This document shows, in pieces, positions 30,435-40,472 of a stretch of DNA of 44,234 bases; position 1 is the stretch's first letter, and every line of letters begins with the position of its first letter. Origin of the DNA: an uncultured Marinilabiliaceae bacterium (GTDB taxonomy: Bacteria; Bacteroidota; Bacteroidia; Bacteroidales; Marinilabiliaceae); NCBI GenBank assembly GCA_964532085.1, contig CAZHHH010000001.1, positions 16,546 to 60,779 of the forward strand, read 5' to 3'. Made by a program: the position numbers and the translations under genes. The notes under the pieces were generated by a model that ran no database searches, was not told the origin of the DNA, and saw only the letters and a list, made by a program, of their open reading frames with translations.

Positions 30435-30731
30435 TTATTTTTTTAGTTTCTCTTTATATTTAACCAACTGTTTCTTTAAAGCATCACATACTAAATCAAT
30501 TGACTCCTCAAAAGTTTTACTTTGTTTTTTAGCAAATAGTGTCTGCCCAGGTATATCTAAACTAATTTCAGCTATCTTATTCTCTACTGTTTCTTGCTTT
30601 TCAAAACGCATTATCAAGCTTGCTGAAATGATACCATCATAAAACAATCCTAATTTCTCTATTTTTTGTTTTGCAAATGCCTCTAAACGATCAGAAGCAT
30701 CAAAATGTACAGATTGCATGTTTATTTTCAT
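30435..30731 (-). CDS. raiA: Ribosome hibernation factor HPF/RaiA
   Basis: IxxQSVHFDA..ENKIAEI..LFAKKQSKTFEESID; rpsU-xerC-raiA synteny. Confidence 0.93.
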   Translation of the reverse strand: MKINMQSVHFDASDRLEAFAKQKIEKLGLFYDGIISASLIMRFEKQETVENKIAEISLDIPGQTLFAKKQSKTFEESIDLVCDALKKQLVKYKEKLKK

Positions 30732-30739
30732 AATTTAGT

Positions 30740-30747
30740 CCTCCTTA
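30740..30747 (-). promoter_or_regulatory. Canonical Shine-Dalgarno sequence before raiA/hpf
   Basis: TAAGGAGG with an 8-nt spacer to the ATG. Confidence 0.7.
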
Positions 30748-30751
30748 TAAT

Positions 30752-31642
30752 TTATGCTCGTGGATGAGCTTGTTTATAAATTGCATTAATTTCTTCAATT
30801 GAATTGTGTGTATAAATCTGAGTTGCATTCAAATTTGAATGTCCTAATAACTCTTTTATAGCATTTAAGTCGGCTCCTCGATTTAACAATACCGTAGCAT
30901 AAGTATGTCTTAAAATATGAGGGCTTCTCTTTTTTAAAGTAGTAACCCTGCTTAATGATGTATTTACAACACGGTAAACTAATTTATTATAAATCTTAGC
31001 ACCTTTGTTGGTTAAAAACAACCATTCTGACTTAGTTGTGAAACTTTTTTCACGTATTATATTATACTCTTTTAACAATCGAATAGATTCATTTGTTAAC
31101 GGAATTATTCTCTCTTTATTCCCTTTTCCTATAACTTTTACAACTTTTGATTGTAAATCAACATCTTTGACCTTCAAATTAACCAACTCTGAAAGCCTAA
31201 TCCCTGTTCCATAAAACAACTCTATTATTAATTTATTACGAATACTAGGATAATCTTTGTCATAATCAAAACTATCTAACAAAGCCTCCATCTCTGATTC
31301 TCTAACAAATAAAGGAAGTTTTTTTGGAATTTTTGGCAATGGAATATATAATAAAGGATTGTCCTCTAAGACTTGTTGCCTTTGAAGATATTTGTAGAAA
31401 GATCTTACGGAAGATATTTTCCTATGAATAGTACGTGGAGTCATTTCATTTTCATGCAAATCAACAACCCATTGACGAACCACCTTAGGCGACACGTCAG
31501 AAAAACTCTCTATACTATTATTAAAAGTAGATAAAAAAAGAACAAACTGCTCCAAATCTTTACTATATGCAGTAATAGTATGATTTGAAACATTTTTTTC
31601 TACACTCAAATGATTTAAAAAACGGTTTATATAATTTTGCAT
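30752..31642 (-). CDS. xerC: Tyrosine recombinase XerC
   Basis: TGIRLSEL, GKGNKER, SPHILRHTYA, LLGHS, TQIYTH, AHPRA; alternative start at 31660. Confidence 0.9.
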   Translation of the reverse strand: MQNYINRFLNHLSVEKNVSNHTITAYSKDLEQFVLFLSTFNNSIESFSDVSPKVVRQWVVDLHENEMTPRTIHRKISSVRSFYKYLQRQQVLEDNPLLYIPLPKIPKKLPLFVRESEMEALLDSFDYDKDYPSIRNKLIIELFYGTGIRLSELVNLKVKDVDLQSKVVKVIGKGNKERIIPLTNESIRLLKEYNIIREKSFTTKSEWLFLTNKGAKIYNKLVYRVVNTSLSRVTTLKKRSPHILRHTYATVLLNRGADLNAIKELLGHSNLNATQIYTHNSIEEINAIYKQAHPRA

Positions 31643-31731
31643 AAAAAATGTCTTATTCATCCTCTTTGTAATACGAATTTACAAATAAAAGAAGACAAAC
31701 AAGACACTTTCTCAACAAAATTTCAGAGATA

Positions 31732-31923
31732 TTACTCTTCGTCTTGCTTAAGACGCTGAATATATTCAGCTTTCATTTTCTGCTCTCGTTTTAAAACAGA
31801 AGGCTTTGTAAATGATTGACGCGAACGAATTTCACGCATAGCTCCGGTTCTGTCAAACTTTCTTTTGAATCTCTTAAGAGCTCTCTCAATATTCTCACCT
31901 TCTTTAACTGGTACAATTATCAT
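31732..31923 (-). CDS. rpsU: 30S ribosomal protein S21
   Basis: MIIVPVKEGENIERALKRFKRKF..FTKPS; start at ATG 31923 rather than the track's 31977. Confidence 0.97.
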   Translation of the reverse strand: MIIVPVKEGENIERALKRFKRKFDRTGAMREIRSRQSFTKPSVLKREQKMKAEYIQRLKQDEE

Positions 31924-31960
31924 ATTTATTTTTTTAATTATTTTTTTTAATTTTGGACTG

Positions 31961-31968
31961 CAAAGATA
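31961..31968 (-). promoter_or_regulatory. Bacteroidota -7 promoter element for the rpsU operon
   Basis: TATCTTTG(CA). Confidence 0.6.
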
Positions 31969-32069
31969 TAACTTCAATTTGACTTTTTCAAATATCTTGA
32001 ATAATTATCATTAATTTTTGTGGCAAATTAAATAAAGATTTATAATAGGTGCAAATTTTTCAATGTAAT

Positions 32070-33122
32070 TTATTCTACAGAAAAATAGGGAGATATGGAT
32101 GTCCACTGCTCTTCTTCAAATATATCCACAAGATTTACTTCTTCTATATTTGAAAATTCTCCCACCTCTAGACGCTTGTCCACTATGGCTTTAGCAATAT
32201 AAAAATTTATATATGGATGTTGCCTTAATTGATAAACAGAAGCTTTATTAATATTTATCTTTCGTTCTATTTCAGCTTCTATCAAAAGATTATCTTTCAT
32301 TTTTTCAAAAAGATCTATGGAAACACCATAGACTTCCAAAAGTTGCTCTTTATATATAAACCCACCTAATTTTTTTCTATAATTGACAATTCTCAAACTT
32401 AAAACTGGTCCAATTCCTTGAAACTGCATCCATTCAGTCGTATCTGCAAGATTGATATCTATTGCTACTAATGATTTTTTCTTATTCTCAAATTTTGGTT
32501 TTAATATTAGCTTCATTTTTTCAAGGGTGTCAATATTCCACTGTGTTAACTCTTGAACTTCTACTTTTTTAGAAAACCAATATTTACTTCTTATATCAAT
32601 TAACTGTTCTATAATGCTATTATCAGAAAATATCTGAAGTAGATAATTTTCTTCCACACGATTCAAATCAATAAATTCTAGCTTTGTTATATTTTGATTA
32701 AATGAAGTCTCTTTCTTTGTAATATTCGGCTCTATTATTAAATATGAAGACATTTTATTATAGAGTTCATCTGTAACACCATAAATTTTTTGAACATCTT
32801 CTTTTTTATAAAATCGTCCTCCCTTTTCTCTATATTTTATCCAATTTTCGGACACTTTATTAGGGAAGCCAAAAGAAATTAACTCCTCTTTTGTCACCTC
32901 ATTTGGATTGAACTTTTTTAAAAATAATTCCTCCTCTACGCCAAGAGAATCTTGTTCAATTATTCCAATTTTAGTTACATCTTGGATAAGCTCTGAAATA
33001 TCAGGCTCTTCAATAAAATAAGGCACTATGACTCGTATTAATATTGAAATTATTATAAGAATCATAAGAGCGAGAATGCCATATTGCTCGCTTCGGGTAA
33101 AGGAAAGGAAGTTTTTCAACAT
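32070..33122 (-). CDS. ComEA-like helix-hairpin-helix DNA-binding protein
   Basis: N-terminal TM; FNPN, DINLAD..GIGPVLS.RIVNYR..LGGF and ININKAS HhH repeats. Confidence 0.85.
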   Translation of the reverse strand: MLKNFLSFTRSEQYGILALMILIIISILIRVIVPYFIEEPDISELIQDVTKIGIIEQDSLGVEEELFLKKFNPNEVTKEELISFGFPNKVSENWIKYREKGGRFYKKEDVQKIYGVTDELYNKMSSYLIIEPNITKKETSFNQNITKLEFIDLNRVEENYLLQIFSDNSIIEQLIDIRSKYWFSKKVEVQELTQWNIDTLEKMKLILKPKFENKKKSLVAIDINLADTTEWMQFQGIGPVLSLRIVNYRKKLGGFIYKEQLLEVYGVSIDLFEKMKDNLLIEAEIERKININKASVYQLRQHPYINFYIAKAIVDKRLEVGEFSNIEEVNLVDIFEEEQWTSISPYFSVE

Positions 33123-33166
33123 TTTTTTCTATTAAATTTAGAAATAATTTTTGCTAATAACAAATT

Positions 33167-34480
33167 TTAAATTAAACCTAATTGATTTAAAAAGACAAAT
33201 GCGATTGCAATTGGTGCTAAAAACTTAATAATTAATACAAAAAATCGAAAGTAGTGTGCTATTTTACCATCAGCTTCTAATTCATTTTTTATATCTACGT
33301 TTTTCATAAACCATCCTACAAAAAGGACAATCAAAAAGCCGCCAACAGGCAACAATACATTAGATGACACTTTATCAAATAGAGAAAAAACCACATCGTA
33401 TTTCATACACATTAGTGATAACAAAGTAATGCTAACCGCAGCAATTGCTGTTGATTTTTTTCGATTTATACTTAATTCTTCAGAAAAATATGCTACAACT
33501 ACTTCTAGCAATGATATAGAAGAGGTCAATGCTGCTATTGCGAGTAAAACAAAGAATATAACCGAGAAAAAGTAACCGCCAGTCATTTGATTAAATATAT
33601 TTGGTAGAGTTTCAAACACTAATCCTGGCCCAGAGCCTGGTTCAATTCCAAATGCAAACACTGCTGGAAAAATTGCAATTCCTGCTAATATTGCAATTAT
33701 TGTATCAGCCATCGACACATATATTGCTGTACTTCCTAATGATTCATTTTTTTCTATATAAGATCCATAAGTTGCCATAACCCCCATCCCTAAACTGAGT
33801 GAAAAAAATGCTTGCCCAAGTGCTTCTAACACTACTTTTGCATTGATCGCACTAAAATCAGGTTTAAATAAGAATAATAGTCCTTCTTTTGAACCTTCTA
33901 AGGTTATTGATCTTATTCCAAGTAGTACAATTATCACAATCAGAAGAGGCATTAGCAATTTAGAATACTTCTCTATCCCTTGTCCTACACCAGATTTTAC
34001 AATATACGCACTTACTCCCATAAATATTACTATCATTAGTACTGTTCTATATGAGCCTGTTGTTGCTTTTGCAAATGTTTCAGACAAGTCTGCTGGCGAC
34101 TTATTGGCAAGACTATTTGTAATTGACATATGCAAATATTCTAACGTCCATCCTGCAACTACTGCATAGAATGAAAGTATTACAAATGCAGTTACCACAC
34201 CAAGCAACCCGATTAAATACCATTTTTTTCCTGGAGCTAATACGTGAAATGCTCCAAAAATATTTTTTTGAGATTTTCGGCCTATTACCAACTCAGAAAG
34301 CATAACAGGCACCCCAAGTGCAAGGACAAACAGTAGATATATTAACAAGAATGCACCTCCACCATTTTCTCCAGCCACATATGGAAATCTCCATACATTA
34401 CCTAATCCAATTGCAGAACCTGCTGCTGCAGCAATGATTCCAAGTTTACTGTTAAATCCTTCTCTTTTTGACTTACTCAT
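33167..34480 (-). CDS. Sodium-dependent transporter (SNF/NSS family)
   Basis: AGSAIGLGNVWRFPY..NGGGAF, QAFFSLSLG, GPGLVF. Confidence 0.95.
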   Translation of the reverse strand: MSKSKREGFNSKLGIIAAAAGSAIGLGNVWRFPYVAGENGGGAFLLIYLLFVLALGVPVMLSELVIGRKSQKNIFGAFHVLAPGKKWYLIGLLGVVTAFVILSFYAVVAGWTLEYLHMSITNSLANKSPADLSETFAKATTGSYRTVLMIVIFMGVSAYIVKSGVGQGIEKYSKLLMPLLIVIIVLLGIRSITLEGSKEGLLFLFKPDFSAINAKVVLEALGQAFFSLSLGMGVMATYGSYIEKNESLGSTAIYVSMADTIIAILAGIAIFPAVFAFGIEPGSGPGLVFETLPNIFNQMTGGYFFSVIFFVLLAIAALTSSISLLEVVVAYFSEELSINRKKSTAIAAVSITLLSLMCMKYDVVFSLFDKVSSNVLLPVGGFLIVLFVGWFMKNVDIKNELEADGKIAHYFRFFVLIIKFLAPIAIAFVFLNQLGLI

Positions 34481-34704
34481 AGATAAAAAAGCTTTTTTTG
34501 ATAAAATTTATTGTGCAAATGTATTAATTTCTCTTCAAAAGTTAAATATGATGTTATAAGATGTTAATCAAATGATTGATATTTTATTAAAAATTGTATA
34601 AGTAATAATCATTGTTTATTTTTGTATTTCGTTTATGAAATTAACACTCACTATAATTTTGTGTGTTTATTTAAAAATAAAACAACATTTAAAACAATTT
34701 TAAA

Positions 34705-35700
34705 ATGGCAGTAAGTTACAAAGATTTAGGTCTGGTAAACAGCAACGAACTTTTTGCAAAAGCAATTAATGGTGGTTATGCTATCCCAGCTTACAACTTT
34801 AACAATTTAGAACAATTACAAGCTATCTTAATGGCTTGTGTAGAGACAAAATCTCCAGTTATTTTACAAGTTTCTGCAGGTGCTCGTAAGTATGCTAATG
34901 CTACATTATTACGTAATATGGCTAGAGGTGCTGTAGAATACGTAAAAGAGTTAGGTTATGAAATTCCTATCGTTTTACATTTAGACCACGGTGACTCTTT
35001 CGAAATTTGCAAAGATTGTATCGACAATGGTTTTTCATCAGTAATGATTGATGGTTCTCATTTGCCTTATGAAGAGAATGTTGCTCTAACTAAACAAGTT
35101 GTTGAGTATGCACATTCAAAAGGTGTATCAGTAGAAGGTGAATTAGGTATTTTAGCTGGTGTTGAAGACGACGTTGTTGCAGAGGAATCGACTTATACTC
35201 GTCCTGAGGAAGTTGAAGATTTTGTTAGCAGAACTGGTGTTGATTCATTAGCTATCTCAATTGGTACTTCTCATGGAGCTCACAAATTTACACCTGAACA
35301 GTGTACAACTGATGAGAACGGTAGATTAGTTCCTCCTCCATTACAATTTGATATTTTAGAAGAGATTGAGAAAAGAATCCCAGGATTCCCAATCGTTCTT
35401 CACGGTTCATCATCTGTTCCTCAAGAGCACGTTGATACTATTAACTCAAATGGTGGAGCATTAAAAGCTACAATTGGTATTCCAGAAGAGCAATTACGTA
35501 AAGCTGCAAAATCAGCTGTTTGTAAAGTTAATATTGACTCTGATGGTAGATTAGCTATGACTGCTGCTATACGTAAAGTATTAGCTGAAAGTCCAGAGGA
35601 GTTTGACCCACGTAAATATTTAGGTCCTGCAAGAGATACTCTTAAGGAGCTATACAAACACAAAAATGAAAAAGTTTTAGGTTCAGCTGGTAAAGCTTAA
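34705..35700 (+). CDS. fba: Class II fructose-1,6-bisphosphate aldolase
   Basis: LHLDHG, SSVMIDGS, VEGELG, GTSHG, VLHGSS, KVNIDSD. Confidence 0.96.
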   Translation: MAVSYKDLGLVNSNELFAKAINGGYAIPAYNFNNLEQLQAILMACVETKSPVILQVSAGARKYANATLLRNMARGAVEYVKELGYEIPIVLHLDHGDSFEICKDCIDNGFSSVMIDGSHLPYEENVALTKQVVEYAHSKGVSVEGELGILAGVEDDVVAEESTYTRPEEVEDFVSRTGVDSLAISIGTSHGAHKFTPEQCTTDENGRLVPPPLQFDILEEIEKRIPGFPIVLHGSSSVPQEHVDTINSNGGALKATIGIPEEQLRKAAKSAVCKVNIDSDGRLAMTAAIRKVLAESPEEFDPRKYLGPARDTLKELYKHKNEKVLGSAGKA

Positions 35701-35723
35701 TCTTTAATTATATCTCAAATATT

Positions 35724-35757
35724 AAAGCTGATTCATTAATTTGAGTCAGCTTTTTTT
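35724..35757 (+). terminator. Intrinsic terminator after fba
   Basis: AAAGCTGATTCA-N6-TGAGTCAGC-TTTTTTT. Confidence 0.8.
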
Positions 35758-35760
35758 ATT

Positions 35761-38088
35761 TTAGAATGGATATCCAATAGCGAAGTTAAATGCTACATCA
35801 TCCCATACGAATTTCCTATTCAGAGGTATCCACCTTTCACCCTCTTCTAAAGTTGGGTCGTGTAGCTTCAGTCCAGTATCAACCCTGAAGATAAAATAGT
35901 TAAAATCTAATCTAAGTCCTACTCCTGTACCAACAGCAAATTGCTTATAAAACTCATTCCACTCAAACAGCCCACCATCCATACTTGCATTTGAATTTAT
36001 ATTCCAAATATTACCTGCATCTAAGAAAAATGCTCCTTCCAAAATCCAAAATAGTTTGAATCTATACTCAGCATTCATTTCTAGTTTTATATCAGCTGTT
36101 TGATTATAAAAATATGCATCAATTTCTTTATAAGTTCCTGGACCTAATGCCCTAACTGGCCACGCCCTAACACTATTTGCACCTCCAGAGAAATATCTTT
36201 TTTCAAATGGCAAAACATCTAAATTACCGTAAGGAATCCCAACTCCTGTAAACAATCTATAAGTTACAGATGTATTTCTTGACAATGGCTTATGGTGCCT
36301 TAAGTCAAAATCAGTCTTGATATATTGTGCATATCGAATTCCAAAAAGAGATCCATACTGATCATCAACTCTTTTTTCCCACAATGGGTTTAAAACAGAG
36401 ATAATATTTCCTCCAGACTCTGCCGTATATCTAAAGTACCAGAAAGGTCTATATCGACGGCCAGTTTGCTGTTCATTATATAGATATGTATAATTTAAAT
36501 TAAGAATTAAATGATCTTCGTAAGTGTGCTTTAAAAATGTTTTATCAATAATTTCTTTAAACCTATCATTTACATAAGGAATATTTACTAAATTAAAATC
36601 TAACGGAAATAAAGAGTGACTACTATAAGCTCCAGACTTCCACGTATATCCCATTCTTGCAGAGGCGATAGTTCTAGTATAATCAGGACGTTTTTGATAG
36701 TTATATGATAATCCTAATGTAGTTTTAGGGTTATATTTCTGCCTAAATTTTTCTATTTTAAATGGTATAATAAAAGATGGAAATACAATCGATGTTTCTC
36801 CTCCAATCTCTAGTGTGTTAAATCTTTCTGGAATTGACCCTCTATTTATAAATTGATTCTGTCTAGATAATCTTGTATTAAATGTAAAAAGCTCTGCTCC
36901 TTTAAAAAGATTTTTATGTTGATAGTTAATATTTCCTGCAGCCCCAAGATTACCTGAAGAGTTTGTGCCCTCAATTGCAAATGCTACAGATTGGAATGAA
37001 CTTGGCACAACATTAATATAACAGTCGAGCAAATGATTTCCATCACGGTCTTTTTTATCTTCTAACTCATCAAATTGTACGTTTATATATTTGAAAAATC
37101 TCATACCTCCTAAAAGGTTTTGAGTTCTATCCACCATATCCACTTGATAAAAATCTCCAGAATTAATATAACTGCTGTTTGTTAATACTCCTGGCTTAAA
37201 TTGAGGTTTACCTTTATATAATATATGATTTCCCTCATAAAACAAGGTGTCATACTTTGTACTTCCCTCATCTATATCAGAATCGAAGTTAAAATCTTCA
37301 CCCACTTGAAAGTAGACATCATTGATTTTATATCTTGCGTGATTTCCATTTATATCCTTTCCCAAAATATTGTCAGAGGGCCTCATCAAAACTAATGTAT
37401 CATTGATTTGATGATTTCCAATTGTACTATCAGCTATAAAATAGATATACTCTTTTGAAAAATTATAAAATCCTTGATTCTGCAATCTTCTAGTAATTCG
37501 TTCACGCTCTCTATTGTGTGCTGCTAAAACAAAACCTCTATTTCTTCTCAATGCAGTTCGTGTTGTGTCTGCTAAAACAAAAGGCTTCACTACCGAATCC
37601 TCTATCTGATAAGAGACATTATTTAATGTATATCTTGGTCCTGGTTTTATTTTATATACAACTTTAACTTTTTTAGGATTTCTAATTTTAACAGTATCTT
37701 CTACTTCTGCTAAGAAATATCCTTGATTATTAAGATATAAAGTCATCTGCTCAGCAGATCTATCAACAAGGGTTGAGTCAAAAATAACTGGTGCCTCTCC
37801 CATCCTTTTTAACCATTGATTTATTTTCCTGTCATCATTTCTTCCTGATAAATTATAAATTCCAAGATAAAATCTAAATGTCCATAGAATTTTATGATTC
37901 TCATCTTGTCGCAGATATGATTTAAGCTCAGATTTTGATATATCTTTAGATGATGATGTTTTAATTTGCACTTTATTTAAAAGTTGCTCACCATCAGACA
38001 CATACTTAGTAGAACGACATCCATATAACATAGATATCGAAATAAACAGAGAAATTATTATTATATATTTTAAAATAAGCCTAATCAT
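35761..38088 (-). CDS. BamA/TamA-family outer-membrane lipoprotein (TamL-like)
   Basis: Lipobox LYGC; POTRA-like region; GGANSVRAW; C-terminal FNFAIGYPF; ATG 38088 preferred. Confidence 0.9.
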   Translation of the reverse strand: MIRLILKYIIIISLFISISMLYGCRSTKYVSDGEQLLNKVQIKTSSSKDISKSELKSYLRQDENHKILWTFRFYLGIYNLSGRNDDRKINQWLKRMGEAPVIFDSTLVDRSAEQMTLYLNNQGYFLAEVEDTVKIRNPKKVKVVYKIKPGPRYTLNNVSYQIEDSVVKPFVLADTTRTALRRNRGFVLAAHNRERERITRRLQNQGFYNFSKEYIYFIADSTIGNHQINDTLVLMRPSDNILGKDINGNHARYKINDVYFQVGEDFNFDSDIDEGSTKYDTLFYEGNHILYKGKPQFKPGVLTNSSYINSGDFYQVDMVDRTQNLLGGMRFFKYINVQFDELEDKKDRDGNHLLDCYINVVPSSFQSVAFAIEGTNSSGNLGAAGNINYQHKNLFKGAELFTFNTRLSRQNQFINRGSIPERFNTLEIGGETSIVFPSFIIPFKIEKFRQKYNPKTTLGLSYNYQKRPDYTRTIASARMGYTWKSGAYSSHSLFPLDFNLVNIPYVNDRFKEIIDKTFLKHTYEDHLILNLNYTYLYNEQQTGRRYRPFWYFRYTAESGGNIISVLNPLWEKRVDDQYGSLFGIRYAQYIKTDFDLRHHKPLSRNTSVTYRLFTGVGIPYGNLDVLPFEKRYFSGGANSVRAWPVRALGPGTYKEIDAYFYNQTADIKLEMNAEYRFKLFWILEGAFFLDAGNIWNINSNASMDGGLFEWNEFYKQFAVGTGVGLRLDFNYFIFRVDTGLKLHDPTLEEGERWIPLNRKFVWDDVAFNFAIGYPF

Positions 38089-38191
38089 TAGCCCAAAAAT
38101 AAACAATCTTTATCATTCTATTCTTTTATTAATAAGTCATTTTATAAAATAGTTATTAATTTTGCTTAAAAATCAAATATTTATAAAAAAT

Positions 38192-38956
38192 ATGCTCAGT
38201 AATAATCAAAAAAAACTTATTAATTCATTAGTACAAAAAAAGTACCGTTTAAAACATAATCTTTTTATTGCAGAAGGCGAAAAATGTGTAAATGATCTGC
38301 TTTCTGCTGGACTTCGACCAAAACTCATAGTTTATTCCAATGACTGGAAATCTCCTATTAAAATTACAAATTATACTGAAGTTATTGAAACTTCTATAAA
38401 AGAATTACAAAAAGTATCTCTTCAAAAATCTCCACAAAATGTTTTAGCTCTTTTTGAGCATCCAAAATTATCACTGAGTATATCTGAATTAACTAATCAA
38501 CTTATTCTAATTCTAGATGGAATTCAAGACCCTGGTAATCTTGGAACTATCATACGTCTTGCTGATTGGTTTGGAGTTAAAAATATAATATCCTCTAATG
38601 ATACAGTTGATTGGCTAAACCCAAAAGTTGTGCAATCAACTATGGGTGCTATGGGCAGAGTAGCTGTGCATTATCAAGATTTACCTGAATTTATACCATC
38701 CTATAAAAAGAGAACTAATAACAAAATATATGGTACTCTTTTAGAAGGCAAAAACATCTATACAACTCAACTAGATAATAAAGGTGCAATTATTTTAGGT
38801 AATGAAGGTCAGGGAATTAGAGACTACAACATTCCTAAAATAGATGTTCACCTTACAATTCCACCTTTTACAAAGGAGGTTCAATCAGAATCATTAAATG
38901 TAGCTACTGCAAGTGCGATAATACTTTCAGAGTTTAACAGAAGAATATTTTCTTAA
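38192..38956 (+). CDS. TrmH/SpoU-family RNA methyltransferase
   Basis: LDGIQDPGNLGTIIR, LGNEGQG, ESLNVA. Confidence 0.93.
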   Translation: MLSNNQKKLINSLVQKKYRLKHNLFIAEGEKCVNDLLSAGLRPKLIVYSNDWKSPIKITNYTEVIETSIKELQKVSLQKSPQNVLALFEHPKLSLSISELTNQLILILDGIQDPGNLGTIIRLADWFGVKNIISSNDTVDWLNPKVVQSTMGAMGRVAVHYQDLPEFIPSYKKRTNNKIYGTLLEGKNIYTTQLDNKGAIILGNEGQGIRDYNIPKIDVHLTIPPFTKEVQSESLNVATASAIILSEFNRRIFS

Positions 38957-38960
38957 ATAT

Positions 38961-39662
38961 TTATTCAAAATAGAATGTTAGCTGAAAAATTCTAGATGTT
39001 ATTTTATCAAGAACATGAGTATATAATATATCCTCTGGTTCTCTCGTTCCAGCAGGATTTAACATATTAAACAGCCCTATGGATAGCTTTAGCTCAGTTG
39101 TAAATCTAAAATAAGCCATATATGAATCTATTCCAGCACCAATCTCAAGATATGTATCAAAAGAGTTCATATATAAACCATCTTTTTTAGTTTTTGCTAA
39201 ATCAAATCTAGGATTTATACCTCCAACTAAAAAAGGCTTTGCATTAACCATTCTTGCTCCATTATATTTTATTAATAATGGCATTTCAAGATAAGTTGAT
39301 TTTATTTCAAGACTTTTATCATCTTTATTCCCGTCACTGTCAACAAAAAGTATATCTCGTTGCCCAAAACTAATTCCTGGCAAGGCTCTAAAATTTAAAC
39401 GTTTATTTAATTTTAAACTTGTTACCATACCAATATTAATTCCAGGAGCTAATGAAACAACTTCACCATATCTTTTCTCAGCTCCCTCTAATTTACTAGG
39501 AGCTTTATGAGTTATGCTATAATCCATTACATTTAAACCTACATAAAATCCAAAATGCAAAGGTCTTTCATCAAAAGCTGGTATGTTTAACGCACGCTTT
39601 GCAGGTTGAGCAGAGAGCAGGATGCTAGACATTACAAATATAAAAAGCAGTAATTGCCTCAT
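38961..39662 (-). CDS. porT: Type IX secretion/gliding outer-membrane protein PorT/SprT
   Basis: FDERPLHFGFYVGLN, LPGISFGQR, terminal FYFE; ubiE-porT-trmH-tamL synteny. Confidence 0.85.
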   Translation of the reverse strand: MRQLLLFIFVMSSILLSAQPAKRALNIPAFDERPLHFGFYVGLNVMDYSITHKAPSKLEGAEKRYGEVVSLAPGINIGMVTSLKLNKRLNFRALPGISFGQRDILFVDSDGNKDDKSLEIKSTYLEMPLLIKYNGARMVNAKPFLVGGINPRFDLAKTKKDGLYMNSFDTYLEIGAGIDSYMAYFRFTTELKLSIGLFNMLNPAGTREPEDILYTHVLDKITSRIFQLTFYFE

Positions 39663-39731
39663 GATTTTCTTTAAGATTTTGAAAAATTTAATTGTCTTAG
39701 TTGAAACGCATTTATAAAAATAATATTGTAT

Positions 39732-40469
39732 CTATTTTTCAGCAACGTAAATCGTAGCTATTCCAAAGCTCTGCTTTGACATTTTAATTGGCTTTAATCC
39801 AGCTTCTACCAATTTATCTTGAAATTCTTTTCCTTCGGGAAATTTTACTACCGAATTAGGTAAATATTTGTAAGCAGCTTTATCTTTTGAAAAGAGGCCA
39901 CCAAACCAAGGTAGTATTTTCAAAAAATAGAATTTGTATATATGATTAAAAGGGAAGATAGTTGGATTTGTAAACTCTAGAACTATTAATTTGCCACCTG
40001 GTCTTAGAACTCTTGTCATCTCAGCTAAGCCTTTTTCTAAATTCTCGAAATTTCTAACTCCAAAAGCTACTGTTACAAAATCAAATTCATTATTTGCAAA
40101 CTCTAAATTCTCAGAATCTCCACTTTTTAGAAATATTTTTTGATGGAGTCCTTTTTTAGCAATTTTTTCATCTGCAATTTTCAGCATTTCTTCTGAAATA
40201 TCTACTCCATATATCATATTTACTTTAACTCTTTTAGCAATAGCTAAGGCCAAATCTCCTGTGCCTGTAGCCACATCCAACACATCAGGATATTTTACAC
40301 CAGCAATATTCTTGACAACATTTTTGCGCCATATCTTATCAATATTGAAAGATAACCATCGATTTAAAAAGTCATATTTAGGTGCAATAGTGTTAAACAT
40401 TTCTGTTACCTGCTCTTTTTTACTGCCCTCTTGTGTTGAATATGGTTTTATACTCATTTCAAAATTCAT
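39732..40469 (-). CDS. ubiE: Demethylmenaquinone methyltransferase UbiE/MenG
   Basis: MFNTIAPKYDFLN, LDVATGTGD, AFGVRNF, RVLRPGG; start may be 40457. Confidence 0.95.
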   Translation of the reverse strand: MNFEMSIKPYSTQEGSKKEQVTEMFNTIAPKYDFLNRWLSFNIDKIWRKNVVKNIAGVKYPDVLDVATGTGDLALAIAKRVKVNMIYGVDISEEMLKIADEKIAKKGLHQKIFLKSGDSENLEFANNEFDFVTVAFGVRNFENLEKGLAEMTRVLRPGGKLIVLEFTNPTIFPFNHIYKFYFLKILPWFGGLFSKDKAAYKYLPNSVVKFPEGKEFQDKLVEAGLKPIKMSKQSFGIATIYVAEK

Positions 40470-40472
40470 TTA

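Noticed and set aside
30752-31642. Tyrosine recombinase near tRNAs as the integrase of an island
   Set aside because: rpsU-xerC-hpf is conserved core synteny; no att duplication or cargo genes seen.
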